In this document: piece by piece, positions 40,843 through 51,742 of the stretch
How the letters are laid out: each line of letters starts with the position of its first letter
How positions within the stretch are numbered: position 1 is the first letter of the stretch
Source of the DNA: Sedimentisphaerales bacterium
GTDB lineage: Bacteria > Planctomycetota > Phycisphaerae > Sedimentisphaerales > Anaerobacaceae
Assembly: GCA_963708075.1 (NCBI GenBank)
Contig: OY970194.1
Span: forward strand, 5,856,001 to 5,920,000
Direction: 5' to 3'
DNA length: 64,000 nt
Position numbers and translations under genes: made by a program
Notes under the pieces: generated by a model
Told to the model about the DNA's origin: nothing
What the model saw: the letters and a program-made list of their open reading frames with translations, nothing else
Databases searched by the model: none

Positions 40843-41983
40843 TCGGGTGGACTCGCTCAGTTCGCTATACAAGGGATATTAGGACGGACCCCATTTTCTC
40901 ACCATTCTCGAGACTCCGCAGCCTTCACACACATTTCCGCCTCACCACATTGGTCTGGCCCACGCGGCCGGAACTTTCATTTTTCGCACGTTCACCAGGA
41001 GTGTTCCGCTGGGGACAAGTATAACAGGTGCCTGCGGGGCAGGCAAGCGATATGTGATAGGGGATAGGGAAAGAAGTGGGGAGTTTGATGTTTGAAGTAG
41101 GCGCGGCGGGAGGGCGGGACGCGGCGATTGTGGACTGCGGATTGGCGCTGGGTGCCGGCAGGAACACAGGCTCATTGATCGTTGCTATGTGGTATTACCA
41201 CCTGGTGGCGTCCACGACATGCGCTAGGTTGTACTGCAACCTAGCGGAGGTGTCAGACTGGTCCTCCGCGTGGTGGCTCATGTCCTTTTCATCCTGCGTT
41301 CCTCCCTTCCTCCCCATCCCCTGCGTCTCGGCGTCTCTGCGTGATGTGACTTTCTCAGGAGAACTAAAGGGGTACGGTACTTTTTCTGAATTCTTCGTGG
41401 CGTCTTCGTGACCTTCGTGGCCCCGCGGATTTATGATGTACGAATTACGATTTACGATTGAAGAATGTAGCTTCGTTCGCGTGGTTCGCGTCTTTCGCGG
41501 TTCAAAGGGAGTTGTTGGTTGACGTGCTTTGTGTTTCCCTCCGTGAGCTCCGTGTCCTCGGTGGTTAAGAAGAGAATCGGTGTGCGATGCACACCCTACG
41601 CAATCTGCGGATCAAAGGAATCGGTGGGCGGAGCCCACCGTAGGCGGCTCTCGCCACTGCCAGGGCCGCGTTCCCCGTCGGCGTTCATCTGTGCGCATCT
41701 GCGGCTCTGCTACATTCGTGGTCTTCGTGGTGAAGACGTGCGGGCGAATAATGGACGGGCGAATGATGATTCGCCCCTACGAGGGTGCGGGAATGACAAA
41801 AACGAGGCTGTTTCGCGCGGTTTTCGGGTCAGAATCTGCGAAAACCTGCGCAATCTGCGGATAGGAATGGCAGTTGGAGGGTGATGTTTGACGTGTGAGG
41901 TTTGATGTTTGATGGGGTCAGGGGAGGGGCGGGAGGATAAGTGACTGCGGAGTTCGGATTGCGGATTGTTGGGCGAAGGGGGG

Positions 41984-42814
41984 TTAGGGTATAGGTTCCA
42001 TGGGGAAGTTGACGCGGAGGGTCATGGCGGCGAGGTCGCCCTGGGTGATCAGGCGGGCTCGGCCTTTGTTCATGCTGATGTGCGGGAACTCCATGCCGCG
42101 GGCGTCGGCGAGGGTTTGGGCCAGGCCGGGGGACTTGTCCAGCTCGACCAGCAGGCCGGTGAAGGTCTGTCGCATCATCATGCCGGCGGTGGGGAGCAGC
42201 GAGCTGCCGCGGGCGGGGGCGTCGGAGCTGCCGATGAGGGTGGTCATGTCCTTCTGGAACTGCTCGGCCAGCCAGCGGATCATCGCAATCTTCTGGGCCT
42301 CCTCCGTGGCGTAGGGCGTGGTCAGGATCTCCGTGTCGATGACGAATTCGCTGTCGAAGACGAGGCCCCTTCTGGGCGGGACGAAGTACTGGGTTTTGCC
42401 CGTGGGGGCGGTCTCGGCCCGCTCATCGACGAGGAAGAAGTACTTTCGCGTGGCGGTCAGGCGGTACTCGTCGAAGACCACCAGGGTGAGCCAGAACTTG
42501 CGCCGGTCGGGGGTCCGGCCGGAGAAGGCGACGGCCGTGTCGCTTTGGGTCAGAAGCAGCTCATCCGCCGTGCCCTGCTCGAACTGGTACTCGGGCGCGC
42601 GGGCGAGGTTCAGCACGTCGAGGCTGGCGCTGGTCTTGAGCTGCGTGTGGGCGTAGGGGAAGGCGAGCTTGGCGTAGGTCAGGCGGTCCGGCGACACGTA
42701 GCCCTTGGCCGCACAGCCGCACAGGCAGGTCGCGAAAAGGAGAGCCGCCATGCAGAGGGCGCCTTGTACCGCTTTGGCCTTTCGGCGGATGGTTCGCGGC
42801 CTCCCGGTCGTCAT
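41984..42814 (-). CDS. Hypothetical lipoprotein
   Basis: AAGGAG RBS, start MTTGRPR, lipobox LCGC; GC3-rich codon usage; downstream of ilvC. Confidence 0.75.
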   Translation of the reverse strand: MTTGRPRTIRRKAKAVQGALCMAALLFATCLCGCAAKGYVSPDRLTYAKLAFPYAHTQLKTSASLDVLNLARAPEYQFEQGTADELLLTQSDTAVAFSGRTPDRRKFWLTLVVFDEYRLTATRKYFFLVDERAETAPTGKTQYFVPPRRGLVFDSEFVIDTEILTTPYATEEAQKIAMIRWLAEQFQKDMTTLIGSSDAPARGSSLLPTAGMMMRQTFTGLLVELDKSPGLAQTLADARGMEFPHISMNKGRARLITQGDLAAMTLRVNFPMEPIP

Positions 42815-42933
42815 AGGGCTCTCCTTTTCGCAAGTACCATTTACAATTGACGCTCTGGCCTTATCCGCGTGGCGCGGTCGCCATGGCCGGCCGCACAATC
42901 GTAAATAGTAAATCATAAATCGTAAATCACACG

Positions 42934-43938
42934 CTACACTTCCTTGGCGTCGATCCATTTCATCATTTTTCGCAGCCTGCGACCGACGGTTTCCAACTGG
43001 CTCTTGTTGTCCTTTTCGTACAATTCGTTGAACTTCTTGAGCCCAGTCTGGAACTCGTTCACCCATTCCTTCGCGAACTGACCGGAAGTGATCTCGCCCA
43101 GGATCTTCTTCATCTCCGCCCGGGTCTGCTCGTTGACGATTCGCGGCCCGCGAGTCAAGTCGCCGTATTCGGCGGTATTAGAGATTGAATAGCGCATGTA
43201 GCTCAGGCCCCCCTGATACATCAGATCGACTATCAGCTTCACTTCGTGCATGCACTCAAAGTAAGCGATTTCGGGCTGATAGCCGGCGGCGACGAGGGTT
43301 TCGAAGCCGGCCTTGATCAGGGCGGAGAGGCCGCCGCAGAGGACACATTGCTCGCCGAACAGGTCCGTCTCGGTCTCCTCCTTATAGGTCGTTTCGAGAA
43401 TTCCGGCGCGGGCGCCGCCGATGCCGTGGCCCCAGGCCAGGGCGATCTGCCTGGCGTTGCCGGTGGCGTCCTGCTGGACAGCGACGAGGCAGGGCACGCC
43501 GCCGCCCTTCTGGAATTCGCTGCGGACGAGGTGCCCCGGACCTTTGGGGGCGATCATCACAACGTTGATTTCTTTGGGCGGCACGACGTAGCCGAAGTGG
43601 ATGTTGAACCCGTGACAGAAGCCCATCGTCTGGCCCGGCTTGAGGTTCGGGGCGATCTGCGTCTGATAGATTTTGCCCTGCAACTCATCGGGGAGCGTGA
43701 TGATGATCAGCGCGGCCCCATTCATCGCCGTCTTGATATCGCCCGGCTTGAACCCGTGCTCGGTGGCGAGCTGAAAGTTCTTCGTCCCCGGCAACTCCGC
43801 CACGGCCACCTCGATCCCGCTGTCACGAAGGTTCAGGCTATGCGCATGTCCCTGCGAGCCAAACCCGATGACCGCCACTTTCTTGCCCTGCAGCGGTGCG
43901 ATCGGAGCATCTTTCTCATAGTAAATCTTTGCTGCCAT
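42934..43938 (-). CDS. ilvC: Ketol-acid reductoisomerase
   Basis: [48 protein letters not shown]. Confidence 0.97.
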   Translation of the reverse strand: MAAKIYYEKDAPIAPLQGKKVAVIGFGSQGHAHSLNLRDSGIEVAVAELPGTKNFQLATEHGFKPGDIKTAMNGAALIIITLPDELQGKIYQTQIAPNLKPGQTMGFCHGFNIHFGYVVPPKEINVVMIAPKGPGHLVRSEFQKGGGVPCLVAVQQDATGNARQIALAWGHGIGGARAGILETTYKEETETDLFGEQCVLCGGLSALIKAGFETLVAAGYQPEIAYFECMHEVKLIVDLMYQGGLSYMRYSISNTAEYGDLTRGPRIVNEQTRAEMKKILGEITSGQFAKEWVNEFQTGLKKFNELYEKDNKSQLETVGRRLRKMMKWIDAKEV

Positions 43939-44819
43939 TGTTTCGTTCTCCTTTCTATCTAAACAAACGTCAAACGCGAATATCGAAGTTCCACAGGCAT
44001 AACCCGCCGATTGTAAACGCCCACGCCCAAATAGTAAATTCCCACATTGCCGCTCCCGCAAGGTTTTTCCTTGCCGCGCCTGCCGTGAACCGGCCGACGC
44101 AGGGGCGAATCACCATTCGCTCGTACCATCCGCCCACACGATTCATCATTAGACACCGATCCACGCCGATTCACACGGATTCTTGCAGGGTGTGCACCGC
44201 ACACCGGTCCCTCCTTGTTTGACACGGATTCCACGGATGCACACGGATTTCGAAGCGATCCCTGCTCATCAACGGCAGATTAACCCAGCCCGGCCTTCGG
44301 CCGGAACCAATACTATCTCGCGCAGAGACGCGGAGACGCAGAGAAGAACGCAAAACGTACTCTTCTTACCCCAGCGTCCCTGCGTCTCCGCGCCAGATAT
44401 AATTCCTTTTGTTCCAACGACTTGTAGTGTCGTTCCAGAAATCATCTGGAAATCTTTTTCAGTTCGTGCGAGTTAGCAACGCAGATTCACACCGATTTCC
44501 AACCGACAACTGACTACTGCTCCTCCCATTCCGAAATCCGCAATTCAAAGGCCCCGGATCGGGTGATGCCGAATAGATGTTTGGGATTCCCGCGAAAAAA
44601 TCCCGCGACCGTCTCGACAACGGCTTGCTCATAGATGTCCCCGGAACCCGCCCGGAACCCGTAGAGAGCTGATAACCGGGAACTGGTTTTCCCTTGCGTG
44701 CCTCTCCCATTTTCGGCATAGTAATCTCTGGCGCCCCCTCTGACGAATGTGCAAATAATGACAGTCCCAGCCCGGCGTAGGCCGGAGCGATGCGGTGAGG
44801 TCGAAATGAAGGGGACGGG

Positions 44820-46013
44820 ATGCCGAGTGATCGAGTGATTGCGCTGGGTCCTAGTCTTGCAGCCATCCCCGAACGGCTGCTTCTTGCGCATGCGCGCGGG
44901 GAGGTCCTTTTCATTGCGGGTGCTGGTATCTCCAAGCATTCTGGGTTGCCCGATTTTCGCGAGCTCGTGCTCAAGGTCTATGCGCAGCTTGACGCGCCTG
45001 TGTACGCCGTTCTTGCCAAGACCCCCGACGACGCCCACAACAAGTGCCCCTTTGATCGATCTCAGGTGACCGCCCAGCAAGCCGCAGAGGTCCAGAGATT
45101 CATCAACAGGGACTATGATGTTGTCTTGGGCATGCTTGAACGCCGAATCGATGGACATTCCCATGACAGGAGCCGCGTCAGGGAGGTAGTGGCTGCTGAA
45201 CTGCGCGATGCTGATGCCAAGCCCGCCCGAATTCACAGAGCGCTAATGCGACTTTCAGACCGTGGCGGCGCTGTTACTGTGGTAACGACCAATTTTGATC
45301 TTCTCCTTGAGGACGCTGCAAAGGGCCTTCGCTCACCAGTTCAGACATACGCTCTCGGAGGAATCCCAAGACCAGCGAGCAGGAACGATTTCGCCGGTGT
45401 TCTTCACATTCATGGCGTGCTTGATCGTGATCCAGCCAGAACGTCGGACCTGATCATAACAGACCAGGATTTCGGCGAGTTCTACTTGCGAAGGCGCGTT
45501 GTACCAGACTTCATCTATGATGCGGCCCGCCTGTTCAATCTCGTCCTAGTTGGGTATTCTGCGAACGATCCTCCAATGAGGTACCTTCTGAACGCTGTTG
45601 CCGCAGACAGTACGCGTTTCAGCGATCTCAAGCAACGCTTCGCCTTCGTGCCAACCAACGGTTCAGATCCCGTCGGCTTGGAGGATTGGAGGGGCAGGGG
45701 AATTGTCCCCATCCCTTACGACCCAGCCGATAACTATCTTACGCTCGTCAATACCTTGGAGCGATGGGCAGCCTTGTTAGCGAACAACGGTGAGAGGAGT
45801 CTTGTCGATACTGAGATAAGGCGTATCGTTCGAGCCAGCCGGTGCGCTGCGAGCGATTCTGACCGCGACATCTTCGATCATTTGATTCGACGGAGTGACC
45901 GTAACGAACGTGCTCGCCTATCTGCATTGGCATCTATGCAGAAGGCGGATCTCGACTGGCTTGAAGCTATCATCGCAGTTGCCTCTGAGAATGATCGGGG
46001 GCGGAGCCAATGA
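44820..46013 (+). CDS. SIR2-like (sirtuin/NADase) protein, gene 1 of a split Dsr1-like locus
   Basis: FIAGAGIS..SGLPDF, VVTTNFDLLLE, HIHG, ITDQDFGEFYL, LVGYSANDPPMRYLL. Confidence 0.88.
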   Translation: MPSDRVIALGPSLAAIPERLLLAHARGEVLFIAGAGISKHSGLPDFRELVLKVYAQLDAPVYAVLAKTPDDAHNKCPFDRSQVTAQQAAEVQRFINRDYDVVLGMLERRIDGHSHDRSRVREVVAAELRDADAKPARIHRALMRLSDRGGAVTVVTTNFDLLLEDAAKGLRSPVQTYALGGIPRPASRNDFAGVLHIHGVLDRDPARTSDLIITDQDFGEFYLRRRVVPDFIYDAARLFNLVLVGYSANDPPMRYLLNAVAADSTRFSDLKQRFAFVPTNGSDPVGLEDWRGRGIVPIPYDPADNYLTLVNTLERWAALLANNGERSLVDTEIRRIVRASRCAASDSDRDIFDHLIRRSDRNERARLSALASMQKADLDWLEAIIAVASENDRGRSQ

Positions 46014-48764
46014 GGATAGAATGGCGTGATCTCAACGAATCAGGTCAAGCAGTGTTCTGGGCCGCGCGTGCGTTCTTGACTGGACGACTCGAGGAGCGCG
46101 CAACGATCAATTGGGCACTGCGGCTTAAGCCGAATGATACAGCCACCCGTGTTGCAGTGCTCAATGTGCTCGATGGGCCAGGTGGACAGAAGATCAATGA
46201 GCCATGGCAGTCTGCTTGGCGGTTGATCGAAGAATGGTGGGATGGTCCGACAGTTGAGCGATCTTCTATCGCGGCGTACCATGCTCAACAGCGACTGAGT
46301 TCGGGGGACAGATCCGGAGCACTTGTCAGAAGAATCGTGGAACTCGTTTCCCCACGGCTCAGTCTGGAGCCGCTCAATGCCGAGCCGTCTTTAGGCCTTA
46401 ATGCATACTCGCGAAGGCTGCGAAGGTGTCCCAGAAAGGTCGAAGACCTTCTCAGTGTGGAATTGACAAGTGGAGAGAGCATTGATCCAGGCGTGTTGAA
46501 GCTTGGCGACGTGAGCGACGCGTGCTTCCTTACGTCCTTAGCCCTTGCCCTTGATGCTGCCGTTGCCAATGCGCTGGATATCGCTCGCCGTCTGGGATGG
46601 CATTGCGAGGGGAGCCTTTCACGGCTCGGAGGTCTCTATCGGGTCTACTACGTGCAGGCCACCGAACGTGCTGACGAAGAGGAAGAGCCTGATGAGTATC
46701 ATCGTGGGATCGCGCCATCCGTGAAACTCCTGCACACGACTGTCTCACGGCTCGCAGATATTGATGTTTCGGCTGCGGCGCAATTCATTCGACGATGGAA
46801 GGAGATGAATTCATCGATCCATCTACGATTGTGGGCGGCACTATCGCGAGATTCTCGTATCACACCGGCCAAGGACGTTGGCACAACACTTCTATCGCTG
46901 GGGAATAGAGAATTCTGGAAGGTAACAGGCTATCCCGAAATCGCTGAATTGCGAGCGAAACGCTTCGGTGACCTCGATCCCCACCAACAGCGAGCAATCG
47001 GTGCTCGCGTTCGAAAGCTTCCACCGCGTAGTCTCTGGCCAAGGAAGGTTGACGCTGAACGAGTCACAGATGCACGGCTTTATTGGGCGCTTCGCGAGTT
47101 GCGGCGTATCGAGATTAGCGGTGTCTCTCTACCACACGAAGACAAGGTGTGGTTGGAGGCCGGGGTCCAAGGCCTCCCTGACATCGCCCAAATGACCCGG
47201 TTGGACGAAGGCTTCATGGAGGGGCCCAGAACCCACACAATTCCAGCATACCCCGATAGTCGATTTGATTTGCTTGCGGGTGAGGATCGACTGAAGATGT
47301 TGGAAGCGGCCTTTTCATCCCCGCGTAACGGACGGGATGATGATCCTGCCAGTCGTGCCGGCGATTGGATCGAGCAGCCGGGCCGACCCATCCAGATCCT
47401 TGGAGATCTGGAATCCGTCCCGGATGGTGGGGCTGCCTTCACAAGAGTCTGGGACCGGTTCGGATGGGCGCACTCACCGGCAATAGGACATGACGAGGGT
47501 ACAGCGCAACGAGATCTGCATGCAGAAAGCTGTCGCGTCCTATTGCTTCTCTCCAAATTGCCAGAGGCGACCATGCGTGGAGCCGTCGAAGGCATATCCA
47601 ACTGGCTCTTCACCTGGAGGAACAAGGTCGATGTATTATTGCCCCAAGGGCTCGGTATTTGGCTCAAGCTCTGGCCAATCGCAGTTGAGGCCACGAACGC
47701 AAGAAAACCCCGTGAAGAAGAGTTCGACCTCAGTACGGTTTTACCATCTTCATCTCAGCAGGAGCCCAAAGGTCCCGACACACTGAACACACCAGCAGGG
47801 AGACTCATCCATGTCTTTTTGGCTGCATGTCCAGAGTTATCAGAAGACGGACATCCCTTCAGCATCAATGGTGCACCTCGCACGATGCGAGATGCGATCA
47901 TCGCTGCTCCCGGTGAGTCCGGGGTGATAGCTCGCCACATGATGATCGAAGCGTTAGGCTACTTCCTGAAAGCAGACCCGACTTGGACAAAGAGGCACCT
48001 AATCACGCCACTAACCAGGAATAGTCGCGAGGCGCGGGCCCTTTGGGGCGCGGTTGCACGACGGAGGCGGTTTTCGGAAGTCCTCGAGATCATTGGTGAC
48101 GCGATGACAGAGCATGCCACCGACCTGGGGCTTGGGCGAGAGAACCCAGCGTTCACTCGTGTTCAGCCTTGTGGTGGAATGCCTTCATGCGTTTCGTGAG
48201 CAGCGAGAGCCTGCAGTAGCCCCCGCTCGTATCACGCAGATGTTGCGGTCGCTTGATGATGAAATCCGTGCATCTGCGGCTGAGGTCGCTCAACGTTTCG
48301 TTCGCGGTAATTCTGTGCCTCGCGATGGGGGGCAAGCCCTTGCGTCACCAGAACAACTCTTTCGATCTGCAGTCGCACCTTTCCTCCAGAGAGTCTGGCC
48401 GCAGGAACGCTCTCTGACGACACCAGGTGTGAGCAAAGCACTGGCCGATCTGCCTGCTGCTACGAAAGGTGCATTTGCCGACGCTGTAAAGGAAATCGAG
48501 CGATTCCTTGTCCCTTTCGAGTGCTGGTCGATGCTTGAGTACGGCTTGTACGGTGAAGAAGGTGGCAAGCCCAAGTTGTCGAATATCGACAATCCGAACA
48601 AAGCCCGTGCCCTCCTGCGACTTCTTGATCTGACAGTCGGCAGAGCCGAAGGATCCGTGGTCCCGCACGACCTGGGTGACGCGCTCGATCAAATCCGCAA
48701 TATCGCACCCAACCTAACGAAGACCCCAGAATTCCGTCGTCTTGCGGCTGCTGCCCGCCGGTGA
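46010..48764 (+). CDS. Large helical partner protein (about 917 aa; frameshift near 48143), gene 2 of the split SIR2 locus
   Basis: ATGA overlap with the SIR2 gene and a GGAG RBS. ORFs 46010..48199 and 48114..48764 join by removing one base. LNTPAGRL and VWPQER motifs resemble Dsr1-type C-terminal regions. Confidence 0.75.
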
Positions 48765-48864
48765 TAGCCGCCCACCCGATCTCGATAGTCAGCCCTCGCG
48801 TTAAACTCTAGCGGCAATTGCGGAGCGAGAGGCCGGGATTGCGGATTGCAGATTTCGGTACTTC

Positions 48865-48912
48865 AGGGGACACATTACTTATTTCAGGCGCGAATTAAGT
48901 AATATGTCCCCA
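48865..48912. repeat. Inverted repeat pair downstream of the SIR2 locus
   Basis: GGGGACACATTACTTATTTC...GAATTAAGTAATATGTCCCC. Confidence 0.7.
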
Positions 48913-49120
48913 GATTTCCTCCAAATAGGAGTTTTTCAGCGGAATCTATTATTTACTGTTGGGCGGGGAGCGATTTCGCAATCTGGATGAGAGATGGGGG
49001 CCCTTGCAGCTTGTTTCGAGTTTCGATATTCGGGCTTCGAGATTCCTGGATTTTGCCGGGCATGTCGACAAGTGTCGCCGCGACAAGGACTTATGAACGG
49101 CCTTTTTGTTGACTTTTAGC

Positions 49121-49149
49121 TTGACCAATTGACCATAATCCTTTAGAAT
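49121..49149 (+). promoter_or_regulatory. Sigma70-type promoter for HNH/AP2 copy 2
   Basis: TTGACC-17bp-TAGAAT, within three tandem TTGAC motifs. Confidence 0.5.
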
Positions 49150-49244
49150 CGGGCCAACGTCGCGTGTGGCGGCGGGTTCCTGGCCGGGGGTGTGGACCGG
49201 GCTGGGGCGAGTGCGGGCGGTCTTGGATGGGAAGGGAGAAGGCG

Positions 49245-50069
49245 ATGCGTTCGGAAAGCTGTTACAAGTGCATCTATGCGTGCTTCGATCCGGAGGTGTG
49301 GCTGCGGTGGATCTGGGCGGGCGTGCCGTGCGTGCCGATGTGCGCGAATCATCCCGACTCGCCGGGCCGGCTGCGGGAGGTGACAGGGGTGCCCTGCCGG
49401 AACTACCGACGCAAGCCCGCCGCGCCGGGCGGAGACGTCCGGCGAATCCCCGTAGGCGGCGGCCTGTACGCGTACGTGGACGCGGCGGACTACGAGCAAC
49501 TCAGTCGGCATAAGTGGTACTGTAACAACTCCGGCTACGCCGCACGACGCGAAAAGGGCAAGGTGATCCTGATGCATCGCCAGATCATGCGCACGCCGAA
49601 AGGAAAGGTCGTGGACCACACCGACAAGAATCGGTTGAACAACTGTCGGAAGAATCTACGCAACTGCACGCAGACTGAGAATAAACAGAACATGGCCAAG
49701 CGCCTCGGCTGCACCTCCAGGTTCAAGGGTATCTACTACGCTAAGAGGGTCGGCAAGTGGTGCGCGCGGATCACGTACTGGGGCAGGGTCTTTTCACTTG
49801 GCTGCTTCAGCGACGAAGCCGAGGCCGCTCGCGCGTATGATCGTGCGGCGGTCGCGTATTTCGGTGAGTTTGCCGAGCTCAATTTTCCGGAGGAGTGGCC
49901 GCCGGAGAGGCGACGGGAGGTGCACGCACAGTGGCAGAGGGAAAAGGGTAAGCGAAAGGGCAAGAGGCGAAAGACAAAAGCCAGGAGCGTCCCACGTCCC
50001 GCCAAGGCGCCGGCACGCAAGTCCGGCAGGCGCCCGACGCGCAAGGCCAAGCGGACCAGCGGTCAATAA
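49245..50069 (+). CDS. Cys-rich N-terminus, HNH endonuclease and AP2 domain protein, copy 2
   Basis: CYKC...C...CRNY; MHRQIM..VVDHTDKNRLNNCRKNLR; FKGI...LGCFSDEAEAARAYD...LNFPEEWPPERR; paralog of 30141..30953. Confidence 0.88.
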   Translation: MRSESCYKCIYACFDPEVWLRWIWAGVPCVPMCANHPDSPGRLREVTGVPCRNYRRKPAAPGGDVRRIPVGGGLYAYVDAADYEQLSRHKWYCNNSGYAARREKGKVILMHRQIMRTPKGKVVDHTDKNRLNNCRKNLRNCTQTENKQNMAKRLGCTSRFKGIYYAKRVGKWCARITYWGRVFSLGCFSDEAEAARAYDRAAVAYFGEFAELNFPEEWPPERRREVHAQWQREKGKRKGKRRKTKARSVPRPAKAPARKSGRRPTRKAKRTSGQ

Positions 50070-50335
50070 TAGGGACAGTCACCTATTTTCGCCTTATCCT
50101 ATCGTCTTCGAGCTCATCACGCAATCCCACGACCACGGGATTCTTCAGGTCCCGAAGTCTCCGGCCTCAAACCACTGTGTCGCACTCCAATCCAGGATGC
50201 TCGTCAAAGAATGTCATGTTATTGCGGCAGAGGTGCCCGCGGGGCACAAGTGAAAAGTGACAGGGAACAGGGAAGAAGCTGCGGCCGGAGGCCGCATCGG
50301 AGCGTTCTTCGGGCCGGCCGGCTGTGTGAAATCAC

Positions 50336-50968
50336 TTACATCTCATGCTGGTGATCGCCCGATGCCGGAACCTGTTCACCCATTCTCTGACCCAGCAGGT
50401 CGTTCGCACCGAGTCCGAGCCGTCTCAGGCACTTCACGGCCGCAACGCGGGAGATATCGAGACGCTGAAATCGGTCTTCCGTCATCAGATAGACCGAGCC
50501 GGACCACACACTGGGCGCTCCCGGGACAAACACCGCATAGTGCCCGCTCTCCAGGCGTTCCATCAGGAAGCCGATCTGCCACGCCTCTTCGATGCGCGCC
50601 AGGACCACCTGATAGGCACGGCCCATTTCGTACCCCATCAGGCTTTCGCTGATCCCCTTGAAGAAATCGTACCCGGGAACGTTATAAAGAAACACGCTTT
50701 CCAGCCAGTCCACCATCTTGTGGGCGAGGCGAGTCTTCGCAAACAACCCGGCGCCAAGACAAAAGAGCACGATCCCCGCGACCGCCAGAATCGTCGCCAG
50801 CGGGATGCCTGCCATCGACTGCATGGCAATCCGGCTCGCCAGCGGGGTAACGACTCCGATCGAGATCTCTTCGGCCTTGCCCAGCACAATCGCCAGCACG
50901 ACGACAGGCAGCAGAAACAGAATGCCGCCGATGAAGGTCGCACGCAGAAAGACAACAAGAGTTCTCAT
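50336..50968 (-). CDS. DUF502-family membrane protein
   Basis: Two N-terminal TM helices, VPGY..FK, AVFVPGAP...SG.VYL. Confidence 0.75.
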   Translation of the reverse strand: MRTLVVFLRATFIGGILFLLPVVVLAIVLGKAEEISIGVVTPLASRIAMQSMAGIPLATILAVAGIVLFCLGAGLFAKTRLAHKMVDWLESVFLYNVPGYDFFKGISESLMGYEMGRAYQVVLARIEEAWQIGFLMERLESGHYAVFVPGAPSVWSGSVYLMTEDRFQRLDISRVAAVKCLRRLGLGANDLLGQRMGEQVPASGDHQHEM

Positions 50969-51227
50969 GGTCCCCCCTTACACAATGGACAACAACAAGG
51001 GCCCGCCCGCCAAAGGCAGTCCCTTACGCTTCATTCCGCATACCACACGCGCCTGCCCTCGCCAATAGGGAAATGGTGCAAGCACGCCGCGCATTACCAC
51101 GAACTTGGCCTGGCAGTCCCGGCGTCCCATTCGACTGCGCTCAGGGCAGGCTCCGCTTGCTGCTGCCACCCATTTCTGATGCCCGAGAAACTGCACCGAC
51201 AGGCACGCAAAAAATCGTGGGGTTGGG

Positions 51228-51256
51228 TTGACAAGGGCGGGTTTTGGCTGTCTAAT
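51228..51256 (+). promoter_or_regulatory. Promoter of tRNA-Tyr
   Basis: TTGACA-17bp-TCTAAT about 40 bp upstream of the tRNA. Confidence 0.55.
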
Positions 51257-51296
51257 ATATGGGCTTGGGCGCAACTGAGGCGCCCGAGCGGGAACC

Positions 51297-51379
51297 GGAC
51301 AGGTGCCCGAGTGGCTAAAGGGAGCGGGCTGTAAACCCGCTGGTGTAAACCTACGTAGGTTCGAATCCTACCCTGTCCA
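51297..51379 (+). tRNA. tRNA-Tyr (GTA); CCA not encoded
   Basis: GGACAGG/CCTGTCC acceptor stem, anticodon arm GCGGG-CTGTAAA-CCCGC, long variable arm, T-loop GGTTCGAATCC. Confidence 0.95.
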
Positions 51380-51505
51380 ATACGACACTCGCAAGCTGTT
51401 GCAGAGCCTGGTTGTGCGTCGTTTTTCGCGAGTTGACGAACAGGGAGCGGCGGCAGCAAGGCTCTGCGGCATTTTGCGCCGCCTCATCCGTGCTGTTCAC
51501 CGTTT

Positions 51506-51742
51506 TTACCGCCCGGGCTCCCGCATGATGATCGCGTCCACCTGCTCGCCGCGCAGACAGTCGGAAACCTTCTTTTTCCAGTCAACGGCCTGATAGTGGA
51601 GAGGCTCGCGGTAAAACGTCCAGGGGCCGTACTCGTTGGCGTAGCGGGCAATGCCCTGAAGTAATCCCCGGTCGAAAGCCCTCGTCGGGGCGATCAGAAG
51701 CATGACTTTCGGCGCCTTGAACATCTGCGGCATCATCCTCAC
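51506..51742 (-). pseudogene. Truncated XylR-type transcriptional regulator (N-terminal fragment only)
   Basis: KVMLLI...AFDRGLLQGIARYANEYGPW...VDAII resembles XylR N-termini. It stops after about 75 aa and no HTH follows. Confidence 0.65.

Noticed and set aside
46010..46013. SIR2/partner boundary as another sequencing frameshift
   Set aside because: A clean ATGA stop-start overlap with an upstream GGAG RBS fits translational coupling better. Kept as a caveat in the finding.
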